In this document: positions 42,678 to 52,871 of the stretch, piece by piece
How positions within the stretch are numbered: position 1 is the stretch's first letter
Layout of the letters: each line of letters starts with the position of its first letter
From: an uncultured delta proteobacterium
GTDB lineage: Bacteria > Myxococcota > Myxococcia > Myxococcales > Anaeromyxobacteraceae
Direction: 5' to 3'
DNA: 64,000 bases
NCBI GenBank assembly: GCA_963814585.1
Contig: CAWFDF010000014.1
Location: 416,001 to 480,000, forward strand
Notes under the pieces: model-generated
Databases searched by the model: none
What the model was told of the DNA's origin: nothing
What the model saw: only the letters and a program-made list of their open reading frames with translations
Position numbers and translations under genes: made by a program

Positions 42678-43764
42678 TCAGCAGGCCGAGCCCCAGGAAG
42701 ACCGAGAGCACCGACGAGCCGCCGTAGCTGAAGAGCGGCAGCGTCACGCCCACCACCGGCAGCACCCCGGTGACCATCCCGATGTTGACGGTCATCTGCC
42801 AGAAGATCATCGCCGTCACGCCCACCGCCAGGAAGTGACCGAAGCGATCGCGGGCGTTGCCGGCGATGTCCACCGCCGCGGCGATGAGCCAGAAGTAGAG
42901 CGCCAGCAGCAGCAGGCTGCCGGCGAAGCCATGCTCCTCGGCCCAGACCGAGAAGATGAAGTCGGTGTGCTGCTCGGGCAGGAACGACAGCATGGTCTGT
43001 GTCCCCTGCCCCCAGCCCTTGCCGAGCCCCTGGCCCGAGCCCACTGCGATCTTCGACTGCATGGCGTGATAGCCGGCGCCGAGCGCGTCGCCTTCCGGGT
43101 TGAGGAAGGACTCGACCCGCTTCCTCTGGTACGGCTTGAGCTTCGGGTAGGCCAGGGTGGCGCCGACGGCGGCCACCGCCACCAGCGCCGCCAGCGTCCG
43201 CCAGCTGACGCGGGAGAAGAGCAGCATGGTGCCGCCGATGGCCACCACCACCAGCGCGGTGCCCAGATCGGGCTGGCGCAGGATGAGCCCGGCCGGCAGG
43301 AGGGTGATGCCGATGGGCACGAGCATCCCCTTCAGGCCACGCGGCGCCTTGCGGCGCTCCTCGTCGAGGTGGAACCAGCTGGCCAGCGCCATGATCACGG
43401 CGATCTTGGCCAGCTCGGACGGCTGCAGGTTGAGCGCCCCGAACCCGATCCAGCGGCGCGCTCCCATCACCACCCGCCCCTTCACCAGGACCACCAGCAG
43501 CAGCACCACCACCAGGCCGTAGAAGACCCAGGCCAGCCGCTGGTAGGCCCGGTGGTCGAAGAGCGTGACGAGCAGGGCCAGCACCGCACCGGCCGCCATG
43601 AACCAGGCCTGCGCGATCCAGACTGGCGCGTGCGCCGTGCGGGAAGCCGAGGCGAGGTTCCAGATCCCGAGCGCGCAGATGGCCAGCACCGCCACGGCGA
43701 CGTGCCACGGGAAGAGGTCGAGCCGGCGCCGCTCGGTGGCGGCGGTGAGGGAGACGTCAGCCAT
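42646..43764 (-). CDS. rodA: Rod shape-determining protein RodA
   Basis: GARRWI, QPSELAK, QPDLGT, LPEQHTDFIF, LPLFSYGGSS. Confidence 0.96.
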   Translation of the reverse strand: MADVSLTAATERRRLDLFPWHVAVAVLAICALGIWNLASASRTAHAPVWIAQAWFMAAGAVLALLVTLFDHRAYQRLAWVFYGLVVVLLLVVLVKGRVVMGARRWIGFGALNLQPSELAKIAVIMALASWFHLDEERRKAPRGLKGMLVPIGITLLPAGLILRQPDLGTALVVVAIGGTMLLFSRVSWRTLAALVAVAAVGATLAYPKLKPYQRKRVESFLNPEGDALGAGYHAMQSKIAVGSGQGLGKGWGQGTQTMLSFLPEQHTDFIFSVWAEEHGFAGSLLLLALYFWLIAAAVDIAGNARDRFGHFLAVGVTAMIFWQMTVNIGMVTGVLPVVGVTLPLFSYGGSSVLSVFLGLGLLINVAMRRFVN

Positions 43765-45784
43765 GCCAGGCCTCCCGACCGGCTGGCGCCGCGCCCAGCT
43801 TGGGCCGGTCGGCCCGTCCCGGGTCGGCGGGAGGCGGCGGAGCTCCGGGCGGCGGCGCCGTGGGGACCTCGGGGAACATCCGGCCGCGCTCCGCCTCGTC
43901 CTGGGCCTTCAGCCTGAAGTACGCCTTGACCAGCTCCACCGCGGTGGGCGCCGCGTTGGTGGCGCCGAAGCCGGAGTGCTCGTTGAGCACCACCACCACC
44001 ACCTGCGGATCGTCGGCGGGCGCGAAGACGGCGAACCAGGCGTGGTCGCGCTCGAAGTAGCCCACCTGCTCGGCCTTGAGCCGCCGCGCCCCCAGCTTCA
44101 CCACCTGCGCCGTGCCGGTCTTGCCCGCCATGATCACGTCGGGGAGCCGCTGGAAGTAGGCGGTGCCATAAGGCTGGTTGACGGCGGCCAGCAGCCCCTT
44201 CAGCACCGCCTCGCGCGTGGAGGGCTTCAGGTCCACCCGCCCCCGCTCCTCGGGAGCGAACTCCTGCAACGCCTCCCCGCCGGCCGTCTCGACGCGCAGC
44301 ACCACCTGCGGCTTCCAGATGATGCCCGTCGCCAGCGCCCCGTAGAGGACCAGCTGCTGCATGGGCGTGACGTTCACGTCGCCCTGGCCGATGGCGAGGT
44401 TGACCGCCATGCCCTTCTGGTAGCCGCCGGGGATCCGCTCGTCGTGCCAGGCCACGTCCGGGATGACCCCGGGGACCTCGCCGGCGATGTCGAAGCCGGT
44501 GGGCGCACCCAGCCCGAGCTTGCGAGCCCAGGTGGCGATGAGGTCGGCGCCCAGCTGCGCCCCGGCCTGGTAGTAGAAGACGTCGCAGCTGGCCCCCAGG
44601 GCGTGCGTGAAGTCGACGGCGCCGTGGCCCGCCTCGTTGTCGCAGCGCCAGCGCATCGCCCCCATGTTGAAGTGGCCCGGGCAGTTGACCACCGTGCCCG
44701 GCCGGTAAATCCCCTCCTCCAGCGCCGCGATCGAGGTGACGGCCTTGAACGTGGAGCCGGGGTGGTAGTGCTGCTGGATGGCCCGGAAGAGCTCGGGCTG
44801 GAGCGGGTCGTCGTGGATCCGGGCCAGCTCGGCCGAGGTGATGCGCCCGGACATCTTGTTGGGGTCGGGCGCGGGGCGGTCGACCAGCGCCAGCAGGAAG
44901 CCGGTCTTGGCGTCCATGGCCAGCACCACGCCGGCCGTGGCCGGGAAGGTCCTCTCGGCCAGCTCCTGCAGCCGCCAGTCCAGGGAGAGGACCAGGTTGC
45001 GCCCGGGCGTCGCCGGAACCAGCCGGTTCTCCTCGGCGATGAAGCCGCCCTCCTTCTCGCGGCCCTTGGCGTCCACGGCGATGCGCCGCTTGCCGTCCAC
45101 GCCGCGCAGCTCGCGCTCGAACCGCTTCTCCAGCCCGCGCCGCCCGGTGTAGTCCCCGAGCAGGTACGGCCCCTGGGGGCTGGCGGAGCGCGCCAGCTCG
45201 TCGTTGAGCCGCCGCTGCTCGTCGGGGCCGACCTCGTTCATGTAGCCGATGAGGTGGCCGCCCAGCGCCCCGTAGCGGTAGCTCCGGTGGGGCATGGGCT
45301 GGACGTCCACGCCCGGCAGGTCCATGGCGTTGGCCTCCAGCACGTCCAGCTCCTCCCGCTTCACGTCCACCTTCACCGTGAACGGACGGAACCGCTCCAG
45401 CTTGCGGGCGCCGGCCAGCTGCGCCTGGGCCCGCTCCACCTCCTCGGGCGAGAGCGAGAGCACCGCCGCCAGCCGGCCGAGGATCTCGCCGCACTGCTTG
45501 CCGCAGTAGAACGGCGTCAGCGTGACGTTGAAGCTGGGACGCGAGTCGACCAGCATCCTGTGGTTGCGATCGAGGATCTGACCGCGATCGGCCGGCACCC
45601 GCAGCTCCTTGACGTAGTTCTCGTCGGCCTTCCCCTTCAGCTCGTCGCCGCGGACGATCTGCAGCTGGAAGAGCCGCGCCGCCAGCGTCAGGAAGGCGGC
45701 CACCACCACCACCGTGGCCCAGGCCAGGCGCGGCCTGAACTCGCGCTGCACGGCGCCGCCCGGCGTGGTGGGGAGGATCGACAT
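43757..45784 (-). CDS. mrdA: Penicillin-binding protein 2
   Basis: RGQILDRN, PGSTFK (SxxK), SCD, KTGTAQ, DHAWF. Confidence 0.96.
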   Translation of the reverse strand: MSILPTTPGGAVQREFRPRLAWATVVVVAAFLTLAARLFQLQIVRGDELKGKADENYVKELRVPADRGQILDRNHRMLVDSRPSFNVTLTPFYCGKQCGEILGRLAAVLSLSPEEVERAQAQLAGARKLERFRPFTVKVDVKREELDVLEANAMDLPGVDVQPMPHRSYRYGALGGHLIGYMNEVGPDEQRRLNDELARSASPQGPYLLGDYTGRRGLEKRFERELRGVDGKRRIAVDAKGREKEGGFIAEENRLVPATPGRNLVLSLDWRLQELAERTFPATAGVVLAMDAKTGFLLALVDRPAPDPNKMSGRITSAELARIHDDPLQPELFRAIQQHYHPGSTFKAVTSIAALEEGIYRPGTVVNCPGHFNMGAMRWRCDNEAGHGAVDFTHALGASCDVFYYQAGAQLGADLIATWARKLGLGAPTGFDIAGEVPGVIPDVAWHDERIPGGYQKGMAVNLAIGQGDVNVTPMQQLVLYGALATGIIWKPQVVLRVETAGGEALQEFAPEERGRVDLKPSTREAVLKGLLAAVNQPYGTAYFQRLPDVIMAGKTGTAQVVKLGARRLKAEQVGYFERDHAWFAVFAPADDPQVVVVVLNEHSGFGATNAAPTAVELVKAYFRLKAQDEAERGRMFPEVPTAPPPGAPPPPADPGRADRPKLGAAPAGREAWHG

Positions 45785-45791
45785 GACGTCC

Positions 45792-46301
45792 CTACGGCGC
45801 GAGCTCCGACGCCTGCTCGCCGAGCAGCCCGTCGAGCCGGCGCAAGCCCCAGAGCAGGAGCGGCGACGCCAGCGCGGTCAGCAGCGCGCCCAGCGCGATG
45901 CGTGGCAGCAGCGCCCACGACGGCCGCAGCTCGGGCGCCGCGACCGAGCGGGTGATGGCCACCGCGCCGGCCGAGAGGGCGAAGGCCGCCAGGCCGCTGA
46001 CCGCGGCGCGGCTCGCCCACCCGCGCACCTCCACCCCCTGCCGGATCAACCGGACGGCGAGGTAGGCGACCACCGCCAGCGCGGTGAGCAGCCCCTTGGT
46101 CCCGCCCCCCGCCACGTCGAGGACGAAGCCGACCCCGGCCGCGGCCAGCGCGCCGTCGACCAGCTCGGTGGTGAGCGCGAGGTGGACCACCAGCACCACC
46201 GGCAAGCAGAGCGTGAAGGCGCCGCCGCCGAGGTGGTGCAGCAGCGCCGCCTGCAGGCCCACCAGGGCCAGGGCCACCGCCGCGTGGAGCACCGGCCTCA
46301 T
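45792..46301 (-). CDS. mreD: Rod shape-determining protein MreD
   Basis: Hydrophobic 169-aa protein between mreC and mrdA. Confidence 0.8.
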   Translation of the reverse strand: MRPVLHAAVALALVGLQAALLHHLGGGAFTLCLPVVLVVHLALTTELVDGALAAAGVGFVLDVAGGGTKGLLTALAVVAYLAVRLIRQGVEVRGWASRAAVSGLAAFALSAGAVAITRSVAAPELRPSWALLPRIALGALLTALASPLLLWGLRRLDGLLGEQASELAP

Positions 46302-46302
46302 G

Positions 46303-47178
46303 TCACGGCCCCCTCCCGGGCGACAGCGACGCCGGCAGCAGCTCGCGATCGCGCGCCCCCGAGGTGATCACCAGCACCTCCTCCACCCGCGTCGGATCGA
46401 CGCTGGGGATCACCGAGCCCTCCAGGAAGAGGCCGTGGGACGCCCGCTGCAGCCGGGTGACCCGCCCCACCGGCAGGCCAGCCGGGAAGACGGCGTCGGT
46501 CCCCGACGTCACCAGCAGGTCGCCCTCGATGACGTCCTCGCTGCGGACGGCGTGGTCGAACCGTGCCAGGCCGGGCTGGCCGAGACCGCGCACGTTGGCC
46601 CGCGCCCGCGTGCGCTCCACCCGGACCGCGATCGAGGAGTTGCGGTCGATGGCCAGCAGCACGTCGGCGCTGCCGCCGCCGGTGGAGTGGATTCGCCCCA
46701 GCACGCCATCGGCGGTGATCACCGGCATCCCGCGCGAGAGCCCGTCGTCGCTCCCCTTGTCGAGGGTGACCAGCTGGAGTCCCGACGGCTCGGCCCGGAC
46801 GCCGATGACCCGGGCGCCGGTGTAGCTGCGCGCCGGGGTTGCCTCGGCCATCGCCAGCAGCCGCCGCAGCCGATCGTTCTCGCCGGCCTCGTGCTGGAGC
46901 TGCTGCACCTGCAGCAGGAGCGACTGCTTCTCCTTCAGCAGCGCGGCGGAGCGCTGGTGGGAGCCGCGCAGCGCCACGTAGCCGTTCCAGGCCTCGAGCG
47001 TCCCGACCACCGCGGCGCCCACCACCTTCTCGAGCGGGGCCACGATCGAGAGGACGGCGCGATCGACGCGCGAGAGCTGGCCCGGCCTCTTGGCATTCGC
47101 GAAGAAGACGGCCAGCGGGAAGAGGAGCAGGACCACGACGAGGATGGGCTCGCGGTACCGCTTGAGGAGGGACAGCAC
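46303..47178 (-). CDS. mreC: Rod shape-determining protein MreC
   Basis: TM, coiled coil, ENDRLRRLL, LDKGSDDG, GDLLVTSG...FPAGLPVG. Confidence 0.93.
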   Translation of the reverse strand: MLSLLKRYREPILVVVLLLFPLAVFFANAKRPGQLSRVDRAVLSIVAPLEKVVGAAVVGTLEAWNGYVALRGSHQRSAALLKEKQSLLLQVQQLQHEAGENDRLRRLLAMAEATPARSYTGARVIGVRAEPSGLQLVTLDKGSDDGLSRGMPVITADGVLGRIHSTGGGSADVLLAIDRNSSIAVRVERTRARANVRGLGQPGLARFDHAVRSEDVIEGDLLVTSGTDAVFPAGLPVGRVTRLQRASHGLFLEGSVIPSVDPTRVEEVLVITSGARDRELLPASLSPGRGP

Positions 47179-47204
47179 GAGGTCTCCGAGCGGGGCAAAA
47201 TCCC

Positions 47205-47238
47205 TTGCATTTTAGCGACTGTCGACTAGGTTCATCAA
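47205..47238. promoter_or_regulatory. Overlapping divergent promoters for mreC (-) and ppiD (+)
   Basis: Minus: TTGATG-N18-TAAAAT (47238-47209); plus: TTGCAT-N16-TAGGTT (47205-47232). Confidence 0.5.
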
Positions 47239-47301
47239 CCTTCCGGCGCCCGGCGGGCACCGATTTCTCCCACGCCACTCGTCACAGGAGTCGAAGGGCC
47301 C

Positions 47302-48867
47302 ATGCTGGACAATCTCAGAGCGAACAAGGGCGGCCTCATCACCTACGTCTTCCTGTTCGCCATCATCATCGTCTTCGTGGTCAGCTTCGGGCCCGGTTCG
47401 TTCGACAAGGGCTGCTCCGGCGGGCAGGAGGGGGCCTGGGCCGCCAGGGTGGATGGCCAGGCGATCCCCGTCGCCGAGTACGAGCGGGCCTACGCCAACC
47501 TGCTGCGCGGCTTCCAGCAGCAGGCCGGCCAGGCCTTCTCGCGCGAGCTGGCCGAGCAGCTGGGGCTCTCCCGGATCGCCCTCGACCAGGTGGTCGACCG
47601 GACCCTGGTGGTCGCCGAGGCCCGCAAGCATGGGCTGGCCATCTCCGACCAGGAGCTGGCCCGCGCCATCCTGGAGATCCCCGGCTTCCAGGCCGACGGC
47701 AGGTTCGACCGCGAGGGGTACCAGCGCGCGGTGGCCAGCGCCTACGGCTCGGAGAGCCGGTTCGAGGCGGTGATGCGCGAGGATCTGCTCTACCAGCGGA
47801 TGCTGGCCGGGCTGCGCGAGACGGTGAAGGTCTCGGACGCCGAGGTGAGGTCGGCCTGGTCGGCCGAGCACGATCGGGCCTCCCTGGTCTTCGTCCGCTT
47901 CCCGCTCGCCGGCGCCCGCCTCGAGGTCAAGAGGCCGGACCCGGCCGAGGTGGCCGCCTTCTCCGCCAGGCAGGGGGCGCGCATCGAGAAGTTCTGGAAG
48001 GAGAACCCGGCCCGCTTCGACCAGCCGAAGAAGGTCAAGGCCCGCCACATCCTGGTGAAGGTGGCCCCCGGCGGCGACGAGGCCGCGGCCCGTGCCCGGA
48101 TCGAGGCCCTGGCGGCGCGGGTGCAGAAGGGCGAGCCCTTCGGCAAGGTGGCCCAGCAGGGCTCCGACGACCAGAACACCAGGGCGCGCGGCGGGGAGCT
48201 GGGCTTCATCAGCGAGGGGCTGGTCGAGAAGCCGTTCGCCGAGGCCGCCATGGCGCTGGCGCCGGGCAAGGTCTCCGGGCCGGTCCGGACCGGCTCCGGC
48301 TTCCACCTCATCCAGGTGGACGAGGTGGTCGAGGCCCGCCAGGTCCCGCTCGAGGTGGCTCGTCCCCTGATCGCGGCCGAGCTGCTGGTCGAGGATCGCG
48401 CCGCGGCCCTGGTCGCCGAGCGGAGCGCCGCGGCGCTGGCCGCCGTGAAGGGCGGGCAGTCGCTCACCGCGCTCTTCCCGGCGGAGGCACCCGGCAAGCG
48501 GGTGGTGAAGCTGGGCGGGCTCACCGTGGCCGCCGAGTCGACCGGCCTCTTCGGCGGCGAGGCCGCTTACCTGCCCAAGCTCGGCAACGTCCCGGGCCTT
48601 GGCGCCGCGGCGCTGTCCGGCGCCGTGGGGAAGCCGCTGCCGTCCGTCTACCCCTCGGTGCAGGGGCCGGTGGTGGCGGTGGTGGAGAAGCGAGAGCAGC
48701 CGGACGCCTCGCGCTTCGAGGCCCAGCGGGCCGACGTGGCCACGCGGCTGCGAAACCGGCGCGAGTCGCAGGTCCAGGCCGCCTGGGTGAAGCAGCTGCG
48801 CGAGGCCTCCAAGGTCGAGCTCAATCCGGCGCTGGCGTCGGGCCCGGTCCGGCCCGAGGCCGGCTAG
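47302..48867 (+). CDS. ppiD: PpiD/SurA-type periplasmic chaperone / parvulin PPIase
   Basis: N-terminal TM, SurA_N helical domain, ARHILVK, GGELG, SGPVRTGSGFHLI. Confidence 0.88.
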   Translation: MLDNLRANKGGLITYVFLFAIIIVFVVSFGPGSFDKGCSGGQEGAWAARVDGQAIPVAEYERAYANLLRGFQQQAGQAFSRELAEQLGLSRIALDQVVDRTLVVAEARKHGLAISDQELARAILEIPGFQADGRFDREGYQRAVASAYGSESRFEAVMREDLLYQRMLAGLRETVKVSDAEVRSAWSAEHDRASLVFVRFPLAGARLEVKRPDPAEVAAFSARQGARIEKFWKENPARFDQPKKVKARHILVKVAPGGDEAAARARIEALAARVQKGEPFGKVAQQGSDDQNTRARGGELGFISEGLVEKPFAEAAMALAPGKVSGPVRTGSGFHLIQVDEVVEARQVPLEVARPLIAAELLVEDRAAALVAERSAAALAAVKGGQSLTALFPAEAPGKRVVKLGGLTVAAESTGLFGGEAAYLPKLGNVPGLGAAALSGAVGKPLPSVYPSVQGPVVAVVEKREQPDASRFEAQRADVATRLRNRRESQVQAAWVKQLREASKVELNPALASGPVRPEAG

Positions 48868-48876
48868 CCCGACGCC

Positions 48877-49449
48877 ATGGTCCTGACGCTGGCCTCCTCG
48901 AGCCCGCGCCGCCGCGAGCTGCTGGGCGGGCTGGGCTTCACGCTGGAGGTCCGTCCCGCCCACGCCGACGAGTCGGTCCGCGCCGGGGAGCCACCCGGCG
49001 ACTACGCCCGGCGCGTGGCCCAATCCAAGGCCAGGGCGGTCGACGGCGAGCTGGTGCTGGCCGCCGACACCACGGTGGCCGTCGACGGCCAGATCCTGGG
49101 AAAGCCGTCGGACGCCGGCGACGCGGCCCGCATGCTCCGGCTCCTCTCCGGCCGGACCCACCAGGTGATCTCGGCGGTCTGCGTCCGGCGCCCCGCGCTG
49201 CGGCTGGAGTTCTCCGCGGTGGTGAGCACCGAGGTGGACGTGGCGCCGCTCGACGAGCGGGTCATCGCCTGGTACGTCGACACCGGCGAGCCGCTCGACA
49301 AGGCCGGCGCCTACGCCGTGCAGGGGCGCTTCGGCGCCTTCGTGCGCGGGGTGCGGGGCAGCGTCACCGGCGTGATCGGGCTCCCGCTCGACGAGACGCT
49401 GGCGCTGCTGCGGCGCGCCGGCCACCCGCTCCCCTGGGAGCGGGCCTGA
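48877..49449 (+). CDS. maf: Maf family nucleoside triphosphate pyrophosphatase
   Basis: [37 protein letters not shown]. Confidence 0.93.
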   Translation: MVLTLASSSPRRRELLGGLGFTLEVRPAHADESVRAGEPPGDYARRVAQSKARAVDGELVLAADTTVAVDGQILGKPSDAGDAARMLRLLSGRTHQVISAVCVRRPALRLEFSAVVSTEVDVAPLDERVIAWYVDTGEPLDKAGAYAVQGRFGAFVRGVRGSVTGVIGLPLDETLALLRRAGHPLPWERA

Positions 49450-49512
49450 CCCGGCCATGACCACCGCCATCCCGCGCTCGAGGGGCCGGCGCCCTTCCGA
49501 GAGGACCCTCCC

Positions 49513-50589
49513 ATGTCGAGTCCCATCGCCCTGACGCTCCTGGCAGCGGTTTCGCTGCTCCAGGCTGCCGCGCCGCCGCCGCCGGCCAGGCGCGTCGAGG
49601 TCTATGCCCATCGCGGGATGCGGGCCTTCTCACCGGAGAACACGCTCCCCGCCTTCCAGGCGGCCCTCCGCATCGGCGCGGACTGGATCGACATGGACGT
49701 GGTCCTCACCAGGGACGACCAGGTCCTGGTCTCCCACGATCCCGTGCTCAACCCCGACATCACCCGCGACGAGCGGGGACGCTTCCTGGCCGCGAGCCGC
49801 GAGGCCCTGGAGCTCCGTCCGGCCGCCGAGCGGCTCGAGTACGAGCGGAAGTACGCGGTCCGGGGGCTCACCCTGGCGGAGCTGGCACGCTTCGACGTGG
49901 GACGGCTCAACCCGGACAGCGCCTACGCCAGGTTCTTCCCGGACCAGTTCCCCGTGGACGGGGCCCGGATGCCCACCCTCCGCGAGGTGGTGCGCTTCGC
50001 CGAGCGCGCCACCGGGAGGAGGACCCGCTTCCAGATCGAGATGAAGACCGACCCCTCCCGTCCCGACTCCAGCCCTCCGCCCCAGGCCTTTGCCGCGGCC
50101 GTGTACCGGGTGCTCGCGGAGGAAGGGATCCTCGACCGGGTCGAGGTCCACGCCTTCGACTTCAGGTGCCTCCACGAGCTCCAGAAGCTCGATCGGCGCG
50201 TCAGGACCGCCTACCTCACGTCGCGCGACAACGAGGCAGGGGGAGCGGACAGCTTCTTCGCGTCGGACCCGGGGATCGCCGGCCGCTGGACGGGCGGCAA
50301 GCTCGTGAAGGATCACGGCGGCTCCATCCCCGCGATGGTCAAGGCCCTGGGCGGATTCGCCTGGGACCCGGAGGACGCCGAGCTCACCAGGGAGTCGCTG
50401 GAGGAGGCCCATCGCCTGGGCCTCAAGGTGGTGGTGTGGAGCTGGCCCGAGAGGCTCGGGACCGCCTTCGACGCCGGGCTGACGGCCCGGATGATCGACT
50501 GGGGCGTCGACGGCATCATCACCGACGATCCCGCCCGGCTCGCCGCCATGCTCGCCGCGCGTGGCCGGCCCGTGCCCGACCGCCACTGA
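49513..50589 (+). CDS. Secreted glycerophosphodiester phosphodiesterase
   Basis: Signal peptide, AHRG, PENT, VSHD, IEMK, GVDGIITD. Confidence 0.92.
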   Translation: MSSPIALTLLAAVSLLQAAAPPPPARRVEVYAHRGMRAFSPENTLPAFQAALRIGADWIDMDVVLTRDDQVLVSHDPVLNPDITRDERGRFLAASREALELRPAAERLEYERKYAVRGLTLAELARFDVGRLNPDSAYARFFPDQFPVDGARMPTLREVVRFAERATGRRTRFQIEMKTDPSRPDSSPPPQAFAAAVYRVLAEEGILDRVEVHAFDFRCLHELQKLDRRVRTAYLTSRDNEAGGADSFFASDPGIAGRWTGGKLVKDHGGSIPAMVKALGGFAWDPEDAELTRESLEEAHRLGLKVVVWSWPERLGTAFDAGLTARMIDWGVDGIITDDPARLAAMLAARGRPVPDRH

Positions 50590-50625
50590 CGGCAGGTGAC
50601 ACGGGACCAGGTGTAGACTGCGGGC

Positions 50626-51279
50626 GTGAACGCCGCCGGGGAGCCCCTGACCATCGCCGCCCGCCTCGCCTCGGTTCGCGCCCGGCTGCCGGCCGGGGTC
50701 ACGCTGGTGGCCATCTCCAAGACGCAACCGCCCGAGGCCATCCGGGAGGCCCACGCGGCCGGGCAGCGCCACTTCGGCGAGAACTACGCCCAGGAGTGGC
50801 GGGCCAAGGCCGACGCCCTGGCCGATTTCGCCGGCCTCACCTGGCACTTCGTGGGCGGCCTGCAGACCAACAAGGTGAAGTACCTGGTCCCCCGCGCCGC
50901 ATGGATCGACACCCTCGACCGCGAGGAGCTGGCCCGCGAGCTCTCCCGGCGCTGCGCCGCCGCCGGGGCCACCGCCCACGTGCTCGTCGAGGTGAACCTG
51001 GGCGGCGAGGGACAGAAGTCGGGCTGCCTCCCCTCCCGGGTCGAGCCGCTGGTGGCGCTGGCGCGGCAGCTGCCCGGCCTGGAGGTGGCCGGCCTGATGT
51101 GCATCCCGCCGCCGCAGGACGAGCCCCGCCCCCACTTCGCCCGGCTGCGGGCGCTCCGCGACCAGCTCGGCCTGCGCGAGCTGTCGATGGGGATGAGCGC
51201 CGACTGGCCCATCGCGGTGGAGGAAGGGGCGACGCTCGTCCGGCTCGGCACCGCCATCTTCGGATCGCGAGGCCCCTGA
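50626..51279 (+). CDS. yggS: PLP homeostasis protein YggS
   Basis: VAISKT, FGENYAQE, LQTNKVK, GLMCIPP, LSMGMS.D, RLGTAIFG. Confidence 0.96.
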   Translation: MNAAGEPLTIAARLASVRARLPAGVTLVAISKTQPPEAIREAHAAGQRHFGENYAQEWRAKADALADFAGLTWHFVGGLQTNKVKYLVPRAAWIDTLDREELARELSRRCAAAGATAHVLVEVNLGGEGQKSGCLPSRVEPLVALARQLPGLEVAGLMCIPPPQDEPRPHFARLRALRDQLGLRELSMGMSADWPIAVEEGATLVRLGTAIFGSRGP

Positions 51280-51396
51280 TGGCGCGACCTTCAGGCCGCG
51301 CCGACCGCCTGGATCACAGCGCCCCTCGCCAGGCCTGAGCCCGGCGCCGCCAGGCGGGTGCGCCGCAGCAGGGATCGGGCCATGTGAGTGGCGCCA

Positions 51397-51615
51397 TCAG
51401 AGCAGCCGCAGCTTCAGCCGGCCCGAGTCGGTCACCGTCACCTTGAACTCGGCCCCGCAGTAGTAGCAGCGGATCTCCTCCCCGTTGCCGAACTTGTCGT
51501 CGTAGGGGTTGTTGGCCGCGCACTCGGGGCAGTCGAAGTCGCCGAAGCGGCGGGAGGCGCCCTCGCTGGTCTCGTCCTTCTCGTCGTCCTCGTCGTAGCC
51601 CTGGTCGACCGGCAT
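51397..51615 (-). CDS. 72-aa acidic zinc-ribbon protein
   Basis: GGGGAG RBS; MPVDQGYDEDDEKDE..., CPEC-x17-CYYC. Confidence 0.75.
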   Translation of the reverse strand: MPVDQGYDEDDEKDETSEGASRRFGDFDCPECAANNPYDDKFGNGEEIRCYYCGAEFKVTVTDSGRLKLRLL

Positions 51616-51721
51616 GGCGGCTCCCCCTGCGGTGATGATGGCCGCCCTCCACCCGGGCGTCCACTCCCCCGGGCACGGGCCCGCTGGACGCCCGTCCCGG
51701 TCGAGGCGATGCTGCCGACCG

Positions 51722-52468
51722 ATGCTCGCCTCCTTGCTCGCGCTCCTCCTCGCCGCGCCGCCCGCCTGTGCGGCACCACCGCTCTCCGGCAAGCCGCCGT
51801 GGGACGTCGGCGAGCGGCTGCGGATGGAGCTGGCGCTGCTCGGCGCCGTCAAGGTGGGGGAGCTGCAGTTCTCGGTGGAGCGCCCCATCTCGGACGGCGC
51901 CGTCATCCCGCTGGTCTCGAAGGCCCGGAACACCGCCCGCTTCGGGCCGCTGCAGCGGCTGGTGGCGGTGGCCCTCTCCTGGGTGGACGCCCGGAGCCTT
52001 CGCCCGGAGCGGTACCGCGAGGAGTCCGACGAGGACGGGCGGCGCCGCTCCACCGACGTCCGCCTCGCGCCCCCGGGGCCCACCGTGACGCTGGAGATGC
52101 GGGACGGCGCGACCCACGGTACCGCCGCCTTCGAGCGACACGGCGAGGCGTTCGACGCCGTCTCGGCCATCTACTACCTGCGGGCGACCAGGCTGGCGGC
52201 CGGCGACCGGCTCTGCTTCGACCTGGTCGCCAACGGGAAGTACTGGCGCTTCGAAGGGGCGGTGGCGTCCGGGACCGAGCGCTTCGAGGTGCCGGCCGGA
52301 CGGTTCGAGGCGCTGCGGGTGGAGGGGACGGCGCGGCGCGCCGACGGGGCCGGGAAGCCGCGCTCGATCTGGCTCTGGTTCTCGGCCGACCAGCGCCGCC
52401 TGCCGCTGGCGGTGGTCACCGAGGTCGACCTCGGGATGGTCTCGGCCAAGCTCGAGGAGGCGCGCTGA
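51722..52468 (+). CDS. DUF3108-like secreted protein
   Basis: Signal peptide, GERL, D.VSAIYYLR, EVPAGRFEA, WFSADQRRLP. Confidence 0.8.
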   Translation: MLASLLALLLAAPPACAAPPLSGKPPWDVGERLRMELALLGAVKVGELQFSVERPISDGAVIPLVSKARNTARFGPLQRLVAVALSWVDARSLRPERYREESDEDGRRRSTDVRLAPPGPTVTLEMRDGATHGTAAFERHGEAFDAVSAIYYLRATRLAAGDRLCFDLVANGKYWRFEGAVASGTERFEVPAGRFEALRVEGTARRADGAGKPRSIWLWFSADQRRLPLAVVTEVDLGMVSAKLEEAR

Positions 52469-52502
52469 GCCTGGCGCCGGCGGCGCCCGGCACCGCCCGC
52501 CC

Positions 52503-52871
52503 TCACATCCGCGCCGCCACCTGGCCGAGCCGGCGCCTGGTGTTCACCAGCAGGTCGGCGAGATCGTCGAGCTGCTCGGCGGGCCCACCGCCGTGCGAGA
52601 GCGAGAGGAGCTGCTGCGGCGTGAGGCGCGGATCGGCCACCGCCCGCTCGATCCCCTGCACGTAGCGCTGGATGGTGCCGAGGGCCTCCCGCACCTCGCG
52701 CAGATCGTCGGCGAGGAAGTCGAGGACCACGTGCTCCCTCGCCGAGCGGCCGGACAGCCGCTGCCGCAGGGCCTCGACCGGATCGTCCTCGGGCGAGGCC
52801 ACGGGCGCCGGGCGGCGCGCCTCCGCCGGTGCCTGCTGCCGCAACGCCACCTTGCCGATCGCGATCGTCAT
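52503..52871 (-). CDS. Hypothetical alpha-helical protein
   Basis: ATGA overlap with upstream gene, GGAG RBS, amphipathic helices. Confidence 0.75.
   Translation of the reverse strand: MTIAIGKVALRQQAPAEARRPAPVASPEDDPVEALRQRLSGRSAREHVVLDFLADDLREVREALGTIQRYVQGIERAVADPRLTPQQLLSLSHGGGPAEQLDDLADLLVNTRRRLGQVAARM

Noticed and set aside
51397..51615. LysW amino-group carrier protein
   Set aside because: Lacks the C-terminal EDWGE motif and has no lysX/argX neighbours
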